From contig LFLB01000022.1 of assembly GCA_001543005.1 (NCBI GenBank), forward strand, positions 243,956 to 307,955: a stretch of DNA of 64,000 nucleotides, given 5' to 3'. This document shows, piece by piece, positions 58,031-64,000 of this stretch. The DNA comes from Candidatus Spongiihabitans thiooxidans (GTDB lineage Bacteria; Pseudomonadota; Gammaproteobacteria; Arenicellales; Poriferihabitantaceae). A program made the position numbers and the translations under genes. The notes beneath the pieces are model-generated. The model searched no databases and was not told the origin of the DNA. It saw only the letters and a list, made by a program, of their open reading frames with translations. Positions within the stretch are counted from its first letter, which is position 1, and every line of letters starts with the position of its first letter.

Positions 58031-58564
58031 ATGAAACTATCACAAAGACACGGTATATACCAGATAGACCAGACCAATGACATGGCATCATTCAAACGAC
58101 GTTTACAACGTCAAAGCGTTGGATTCGGAATGCTGACCAACTTGAGTGGCGTTTCTCCAGACCATGGAGAATTTGACCACCGCGTTATTGAACACTACAC
58201 CAACCGGAGTCACCGGATTCGCTCAAGAGCATTCCGCCAGTTTTTCGGGAAGCTGATCGGCGAGGCAAGTCTGAAGATTACCGCATTGGCCGGGCAAGCA
58301 TGGGCGAGTTTTCGTAGCCGGCAACAGGAACGAAAAGAAATTCACAAATTGTTAACTTTGTCAGACCGCTATCTTGATGACATTGGTCTGGATCGCTCCG
58401 GCGTGGAATTACTGCTACAAAATAACGGCGGTGCGGATGAATTGATCAGGACCCGTCAAAGCGTAAAATTGAGCAACGATAGTCGTCTGCGACTGGTCGA
58501 AAACGCGAAACCGAATCCTCGTGCCTGCAATACTTTTGGCGATGATATGGATCGAGCCGCTTAG
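58031..58564 (+). CDS. DUF1127 domain-containing protein (177 aa, extended N-terminus)
   Basis: KEIHKLLTLSDRYLDDIGLDRSGVE matches the DUF1127 signature. It is divergent from a LysR gene. Confidence 0.6.
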   Translation: MKLSQRHGIYQIDQTNDMASFKRRLQRQSVGFGMLTNLSGVSPDHGEFDHRVIEHYTNRSHRIRSRAFRQFFGKLIGEASLKITALAGQAWASFRSRQQERKEIHKLLTLSDRYLDDIGLDRSGVELLLQNNGGADELIRTRQSVKLSNDSRLRLVENAKPNPRACNTFGDDMDRAA

Positions 58565-58633
58565 GCGTATGAATAAACTAACCGCCGGTTGCGGCTGTAA
58601 TTGGAGCTAGTTCGCGCCATAGGTACAACTGGT

Positions 58634-59479
58634 TCAATCTCCCGCTGCTTCCGAAAAAGTTTCTGGAACGAAGTTTTGGTCGCCGAGTGGCGGACGCACA
58701 TAATTTTTTTCAATCGGCGGGCGTATATCAAGTTCTACTTTTTTGGGCGTGAGATCGTCGTAGTCGATCAGGCTTAATAAGTGTGTAATACAGTTTATTC
58801 TGGCGACTTTCTTGTTATCAGAATTCACAACATACCAGGGGGCTTGTTTGATATCCGTATGCGCAAACATAAAATCCTTGGCCTTGGAGTATTCCACCCA
58901 TCGTTTTCTTGACTCCAGATCCATCGGACTGAGTTTCCAGCGTTTTGTTGGTTTTATGGCTCTATCCTGGAACCTCCTTTCCTGCTCTTCGTCGCTGACG
59001 GAAAACCAGTATTTGATTAATTTCACTCCAGATCTGACCAGCATGCGCTCGAATTCCGGACAACTCCGCATGAATTCCTCATACTCTTCGTCGTCACAAA
59101 AACCCATTACCCTTTCCACACCCCCGCGGTTGTACCAACTACGATCCAGAATAACCATTTCGCCGGCAGCCGGAAGATGAGCGGCATATCGTTGAAAATA
59201 CCACTGAGTTTTCTCTCTTTCCGTGGGCGCAGGCAACGCCACCACGCTACAAATTCTGGGGTTAAGGGATTCAGTAATTCGCTTAATGGTGCCCCCCTTT
59301 CCCGCCGCATCCCGGCCTTCAAAGATAATCACCACCTTCAATCCTTTGTGCTTTATCCACTCTTGTAATTTAATGAGTTCAACCTGCAACCTTCCCAGCT
59401 CTTTTTCGTATTTTGCATTAAAGGCTTTTTTCTGTTTTTTCCTGGCTTTTATTTCTTCGGTAGTTTCAACATTTGACAT
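58634..59479 (-). CDS. ppk2: Polyphosphate kinase 2 family protein
   Basis: The likely start is the ATG at 59479 (MSNVETTEE). VVIIFEGRDAAGKGGTIKRITE (P-loop), DRSWYNR, and PMDLESRKRW. Confidence 0.88.
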   Translation of the reverse strand: MSNVETTEEIKARKKQKKAFNAKYEKELGRLQVELIKLQEWIKHKGLKVVIIFEGRDAAGKGGTIKRITESLNPRICSVVALPAPTEREKTQWYFQRYAAHLPAAGEMVILDRSWYNRGGVERVMGFCDDEEYEEFMRSCPEFERMLVRSGVKLIKYWFSVSDEEQERRFQDRAIKPTKRWKLSPMDLESRKRWVEYSKAKDFMFAHTDIKQAPWYVVNSDNKKVARINCITHLLSLIDYDDLTPKKVELDIRPPIEKNYVRPPLGDQNFVPETFSEAAGD

Positions 59480-59739
59480 GATATTTCCTCTTAAAATTAA
59501 TGGGTGCAAAATTGAAGTTTCGAGCCGCCTGATTGATCAGGTTTAGTTTACCGAATTATGGCACAATTTTGCAATATCATCATGTGGACATCGGCAGTAA
59601 CATCGGCTGGCATCGACATTCTTATATTATACTTGTCAAATGATAGTTCATTATGGCATTATAATATTCAACGATTTCCATCAGACGTTCTGACAAATTA
59701 GTTGTAGGCAGTCCATCGGTTTAATTTCTGGAGAAACTT

Positions 59740-60840
59740 ATGTGGGGTTTTGAAAATCCTGTGCGAATTTATTTTGGCATCGGCGCATTTGATTCTGTCG
59801 GTGAACTCATCAATGGGCGCCCCTATTGTCTGGCGACCTACGACCAACCCTATTTCCTCGAATTGGGGGCAAAATTGGCGAGCCAAGCGGGCAAGCCCGA
59901 AGCCGTTATCAACAACATTACGCCAAATCCCGACTTTTTGACCTTGGCGGACTCCTGCCAAATGTTTGCACAGGCGGTCACTGACGATACGGTCATTATT
60001 GCGCTTGGAGGCGGCTCGGTTATCGATACGGCCAAGGTATTGGCGTCCAGCAACCAAGGTTTTTCGCCGGTGCGACGGTTTCTTGAAACGGGCGAAGGCG
60101 AGGATCGCTTGACCGCTTATCCGATCATAGCCGTGCCGACTACGGCCGGGACCGGCAGTGAAGTAACCCGTTGGGCCACGGTATGGGATGTGGAGGCGCA
60201 AAAGAAATACTCGTTGGCGCGCTACGCCCTTTATCCACAGCAGGCGGTCATCGACCCGGCGCTGACGCTCGGAGTACCAAAGGATCTGACCATCAGCACC
60301 GCGCTGGACGCATTGTCCCATGCGCTTGAAAGTATATGGAACCACAACAGCAATCCAGTTTCCGCCAATCACGCGGTATTCGCGGCAACGGAAATGATCG
60401 CGGCCCTGCCACTGCTTGTCGATGACCTTAAAAATGTTGCGCTCAGGGCGCGGGTCGCAAACGCTTGCCTGTTTGCCGGGTTGGCCTTTTCCAATACCAA
60501 AACGGCGCTGGCGCATTCAGTCTCCTATCCGATCACCCTTAAATACAGCATTCCCCATGGCTTGGCCTGCTCCTTCAGCCTGCCAATGGTCCTGGCCAGT
60601 GTGATCGGCGAAAACGCGGAGTGCGATCGAAATCTTCGCCGGATTTTTGGCGACGATCTCGAGTCCGCCACAGTAGAACTGGAAAATTTCCTTCACAATT
60701 TGGGTATTTCCACCAAAGCATCGAGTTATGGCGTTCAAAGCGACGAATGGCAAGAACTTCTGACCACGGCCCTCGCCGGCGAGCGCGGGCGCAACTTCAT
60801 CGGCACACCCGAGCGGGTGCTGGAAAAATTCACTTCGTAG
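59740..60840 (+). CDS. Iron-containing (group III) alcohol dehydrogenase, possibly a phosphonoacetaldehyde reductase-like enzyme
   Basis: ALGGGSVIDTAK, VPTTAGTGSEVT, and His-rich metal-site motifs (LSHALES, ALAHSVSYP). It lies directly upstream of phnDCEE. Confidence 0.7.
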   Translation: MWGFENPVRIYFGIGAFDSVGELINGRPYCLATYDQPYFLELGAKLASQAGKPEAVINNITPNPDFLTLADSCQMFAQAVTDDTVIIALGGGSVIDTAKVLASSNQGFSPVRRFLETGEGEDRLTAYPIIAVPTTAGTGSEVTRWATVWDVEAQKKYSLARYALYPQQAVIDPALTLGVPKDLTISTALDALSHALESIWNHNSNPVSANHAVFAATEMIAALPLLVDDLKNVALRARVANACLFAGLAFSNTKTALAHSVSYPITLKYSIPHGLACSFSLPMVLASVIGENAECDRNLRRIFGDDLESATVELENFLHNLGISTKASSYGVQSDEWQELLTTALAGERGRNFIGTPERVLEKFTS

Positions 60841-60945
60841 GCGTAATTTTATAGTTTGGGGAAATGAATCACACAATCCTACCGCCTAATCCAACCGAAA
60901 AGGGCAGAATCACGCAAGCAACACTAAATCACCGGAGAAAGAGAA

Positions 60946-61905
60946 ATGCAAACGAAACTTCTAATATCATCACTTCCTGTTACTCAGCCAAGAAAAAAAT
61001 TGATTGCTGGCATCGCCACAGCGATCTCGCTCAGCATTGGTCTTGCCGTAAATTCAGTCGCCTTGGCGGCCCCATGTGAAAACCCCGATACACTGACATT
61101 TGCCATTATCCCGACGGAAGAGACGGTGGCCGAGCTTCAACTATATAAACCGGTAACCGACCGGATGGTGGAGCTGACCGGTAAAAAAATTGAATTCTTC
61201 ATGCCGACATCTTACGCTTCGGTGGTCGAAGGATTGTTGAGCGAGTTTGTCGATGTTGCGGTTCTGGGGCCCTATTCCTATGTGATCGCTAACAGCAAGG
61301 ACGAAAATATTGAGGTTTTCGCAACCTATGCCAAAAAGCCCGGCTATCTTCAGGAAGAAGGACCTGGTTACAAAGGGGTGCTGATTTCCAAAAAAGGTTC
61401 TGGTCTAAAAACAATAGAAGATCTTAAAGGCAAACTTATTGGCCTTACCGACCCCGGGAGTACGTCCGGGAACCTGGTTCCGCGCGTGGTTTTCTCTAAA
61501 GTCATCGGCATGGATATCGACGACTATTTTAAAAAGACTGTGTACACCGGGTCGCACGAACTTTCCACCGTTGCTGTTCATCAGGGCAAAGTTGACGCCG
61601 CTTTCGTCGCTTCCCATCGGTTTGACAACGTCGTCACTAAAGGCGACGTGAAATTGGAGGACTTCAATATAATCTGGTCTTCGCCGACCATTCCACAAGA
61701 TCCGTTTGTCTATCGCAGTCCACTTTGCGAGGACATCAAGGCCAATATCCGCGAGACTTTCCTTGGCCTGAAAGACGAGCCCGATGCAAAAACGTTTCTT
61801 GAAAACGTTAAGTCGAACACATTCGTCACCATGACTTCAGCGGATTATGATGTGATTCGTGATTTGAAAAAGGCCAAGGATGCGCGCAAGAAATCAGGCG
61901 GCTAA
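60946..61905 (+). CDS. phnD: Phosphonate/phosphite ABC transporter substrate-binding protein
   Basis: A signal peptide, then LTFAIIPTEE...GPYSYV...DPGSTSGNLVPR, typical of PhnD. Confidence 0.85.
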   Translation: MQTKLLISSLPVTQPRKKLIAGIATAISLSIGLAVNSVALAAPCENPDTLTFAIIPTEETVAELQLYKPVTDRMVELTGKKIEFFMPTSYASVVEGLLSEFVDVAVLGPYSYVIANSKDENIEVFATYAKKPGYLQEEGPGYKGVLISKKGSGLKTIEDLKGKLIGLTDPGSTSGNLVPRVVFSKVIGMDIDDYFKKTVYTGSHELSTVAVHQGKVDAAFVASHRFDNVVTKGDVKLEDFNIIWSSPTIPQDPFVYRSPLCEDIKANIRETFLGLKDEPDAKTFLENVKSNTFVTMTSADYDVIRDLKKAKDARKKSGG

Positions 61906-61927
61906 ACCGGCGCGTTTCAGAGAACAG

Positions 61928-61957
61928 GCGTTGCAGACGGATATTCGTCTGCAACGC
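61928..61957 (+). terminator. Perfect 12-bp stem hairpin after phnD (attenuator/terminator-like, no U-tract)
   Basis: gcgttgcagacg-gatatt-cgtctgcaacgc. No T-run follows, so it is probably only a partial terminator or an mRNA-stabilising element within the operon. Confidence 0.4.
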
Positions 61958-62036
61958 ATCTCATAGGCAACCGCTCATAAATTGACCAACATGCCAGTCC
62001 AATTGTCTCGCCGATTACCTGAAAAGAGACCAGAAA

Positions 62037-62789
62037 ATGGCCATTCTTGAAGTCAGCGATCTGAGGGCTAAATACAGTTCAAAGGGCCCGGAAATACTGA
62101 AAGGAATTAGTTTTCAGGTCGAAGAAGATGATTTTTTCGCCATCATCGGCCCCAGCGGAGCGGGAAAATCAACCCTGATTCGCTGTATTAACCGCCTGCT
62201 TGAGCCGGTTTCTGGAACCATCAAACTGCATGATGTCGATGTATTAAAACTTGGCAACAGGGAATTGCGCCGCCTGCGCCGTCATATCGGCATGATTTTT
62301 CAGGAGTTCAATCTGATTAACCGCTTGTCCGTTATGGACAACGTTCTGACCGGGCGGCTTGGATACGTTGGCTCGTTGCGAAGTATTTTCAGGGTGTTCA
62401 GCAATAAAGACATTCAGCGTGCCCTTGAATTGCTGGAGCGGGTGGGGTTGCAGGATCATGTCGGCAAACGCGCCGATGAGCTTTCCGGCGGACAGCGTCA
62501 ACGCGTCGGCATTGCCCGCGCACTGATGCAGGAGCCCAATCTGTTGTTGCTTGATGAGCCGACGTCCGCGCTCGATCCAAAAATTTCAAGGGAAGTCATG
62601 GATCTGATTAAAACCATTGCGACAGAACTCAAGATTCCCGTGTTATGCAATATACACAATGTCCAGCTTGCCAAAGAATATTGCAACAAGATCATTGGCT
62701 TGCAGGACGGCAATAAAATGTTTGATGGACCAACAGAAGTCCTCAACCAGGCGAATCTGGAGGAAATTTACGAGATGGAAATCCTTTAA
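62037..62789 (+). CDS. phnC: Phosphonate ABC transporter ATP-binding protein
   Basis: GPSGAGKSTLIRCINRL, LSGGQRQRVGIARAL, LLLLDEPTSALD. Confidence 0.9.
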   Translation: MAILEVSDLRAKYSSKGPEILKGISFQVEEDDFFAIIGPSGAGKSTLIRCINRLLEPVSGTIKLHDVDVLKLGNRELRRLRRHIGMIFQEFNLINRLSVMDNVLTGRLGYVGSLRSIFRVFSNKDIQRALELLERVGLQDHVGKRADELSGGQRQRVGIARALMQEPNLLLLDEPTSALDPKISREVMDLIKTIATELKIPVLCNIHNVQLAKEYCNKIIGLQDGNKMFDGPTEVLNQANLEEIYEMEIL

Positions 62790-62801
62790 CGGAAACACAC
62801 G

Positions 62802-63620
62802 ATGCCAAACGAGACACCGGCGACAACAGTGGACGATATCGTTAGATCCCGTAAAAAGAAGCAGCGAATCCAGTTTGGATTTTACCTGTTTTTGCTCGGT
62901 TTAATCGTGTGGAGCATTAAAGCGACCGTCATCGATGACACGGACTGGGATCGAATCGGCTCGCTGGCGGATATCGGTAAATCCATATCGCATTTCATTG
63001 GCATCGATTTTTCCCTGATCCCAAGTCTGTTGGGGCCGACCATTGAGACCTTTATGATCGCCTGTATCGGCACGTTGCTAGGCTTTATCATTTGTATTCC
63101 GGCGATCTGGTTTGGCGCATTGAACGTAACGCCGTTCAAATCAGTGACCTATCCGATGGCGCGTGCGGCCATGACCATCAGTCGATCAATTCATGAAATC
63201 GTCTGGGCGTTGATTTTTGTCTCCGCCGTTGGACTCGGAGCATTTGCCGGCATTCTCGCCATTGCGGCCCGTTCTCTGGGATTTATTGCAAAAATGTCAG
63301 CCGAGGCGGTCGAGAACATCGATCCCAGACCGGTTGAAGCGATCCGGGCGGTGGGCGGCAATAATCTGCAGGTGATGCTGTACGGAATTTTGCCCCAGGT
63401 TTTGCCGATTATTTTGGGGATTGTTATCTTTGAATGGGAAATCAATATCCGGCGTTCGGCGGTTCTTGGCCTGGTCGGCGCCGGCGGCTTGGGGTTGGTT
63501 TTTTTCCGGCAGATGCACACCTTCAACTACCCCGGGGTGACCACAGTCATCGTCGCCATCTTTGGGTTGGTTCTGATTGGCGAGGTGGCGTCCCACTATT
63601 CCCGAAAAGCACTGATTTAA
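62802..63620 (+). CDS. phnE: Phosphonate ABC transporter permease
   Basis: 272 aa: EAIRAVGGNNLQVMLYGILPQVLP (EAA loop), typical of PhnE. Confidence 0.88.
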   Translation: MPNETPATTVDDIVRSRKKKQRIQFGFYLFLLGLIVWSIKATVIDDTDWDRIGSLADIGKSISHFIGIDFSLIPSLLGPTIETFMIACIGTLLGFIICIPAIWFGALNVTPFKSVTYPMARAAMTISRSIHEIVWALIFVSAVGLGAFAGILAIAARSLGFIAKMSAEAVENIDPRPVEAIRAVGGNNLQVMLYGILPQVLPIILGIVIFEWEINIRRSAVLGLVGAGGLGLVFFRQMHTFNYPGVTTVIVAIFGLVLIGEVASHYSRKALI

Positions 63621-63648
63621 AGTACCGATTTGAGCCGGAAAAAATGGA

Positions 63649-64000
63649 ATGAACAAGTCTGACCCACTGCGAAGTTATTCAATACAAGGGGACAATGTTG
63701 ACCGTGAATGGCGCCGTTTCAAATACCCGCAAACCCTGGTCAAATATGGTGTGCTGTTAAGCGTTTTGGTGTTCTTCACCTATTCGGTGCATTATCTGAA
63801 CATCCCGCTGGACAGGATCATGGGAATGTTTGGGCGCCTTGGGGATGTTCTGGCCAACCGTTATTATCCGCCCGACCTGGGGTATATCGCCAATCAGGAG
63901 TATCTGGACGCGATTGTCGAGACCATACAAATGGCTTATTTGGGGGCGCTGTTTGGATTGCTGTTTTCAATCGTGCTCGGCTGGTTTTCGGCCCACAATG
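63649..64000 (+). CDS. phnE: Second phosphonate ABC transporter permease, N-terminal part; runs off the right edge
   Basis: Absent from the track (no stop in the window). Hand translation from the ATG at 63649 gives MNKSDPLRSYSIQGDNVDREWRRFKYPQTLVKYGVLLSVLVFF...IVETIQMAYLGALFGLLFSIVLGWFSAHN. Confidence 0.75.
   Translation, partial: MNKSDPLRSYSIQGDNVDREWRRFKYPQTLVKYGVLLSVLVFFTYSVHYLNIPLDRIMGMFGRLGDVLANRYYPPDLGYIANQEYLDAIVETIQMAYLGALFGLLFSIVLGWFSAHN

Noticed and set aside
59630-59700. Pho box upstream of the ADH/phn operon (cTTGTCAAatgatAGTTCAT)
   Set aside because: Only 5/7 and 4/7 matches to CTGTCAT half-sites, with a 12-bp rather than 11-bp period. This is too weak.
59698-60516. 272-aa ORF on the minus strand, antisense to the alcohol dehydrogenase gene
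   Set aside because: It is an Arg/Gly/Gln-rich, motif-free shadow ORF lying entirely opposite a well-supported ADH coding frame. The same reasoning applies to the many 60-180-aa antisense or out-of-frame ORFs in the track, for example 4190-4741, 4626-5132, 53265-53735 and 54351-54827.

Overview
This 64-kb chromosomal window has gammaproteobacterial-style housekeeping synteny: rpmH-rnpA-yidD-yidC-mnmE...mnmG, dapF-DUF484-xerC, argG/argF, hda, purMN and phnDCEE. No rRNA, tRNA, transposase or integrase genes were recognised. The main accessory element is an AT-richer, apparently complete type II-B CRISPR-Cas9 locus at about 7.0-17.8 kb, wedged between frmA and gor. It has a 1557-aa cas9 with RuvC and HNH motifs present, cas1, cas2, cas4, a minus-strand tracrRNA candidate, and an array of 36 x 37-nt repeats with 35 spacers. 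Two things about this locus are unusual. (1) A 244-aa Fic/Doc-fold-like ORF is built into the operon between cas9 and cas1. Its catalytic motif is degenerate and Doc-like (QFFYDTNKRLGR, with the catalytic His replaced by Gln). (2) The spacer at the inferred leader end of the array is 34/34 nt identical to the argG coding sequence about 30 kb away in this same window, so it is a self-targeting spacer. Other accessory or odd items: a solitary NACHT/STAND NTPase directly upstream of rpmH; a MotA/ExbB-like gene paired with an ExbD/MotB-like coiled-coil gene between mnmE and mnmG; an AT-rich HNH endonuclease islet between the PPi-PFK and H+-PPase genes; a 109-bp x 3.3 tandem repeat in the argG-argF divergent intergenic region; two paralogous divergent LysR/DUF1127 gene pairs; and many perfect 12-21 bp tandem duplications at gene ends. 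All functional calls come from reading motifs in the supplied translations and my own hand translations. No database search was run.
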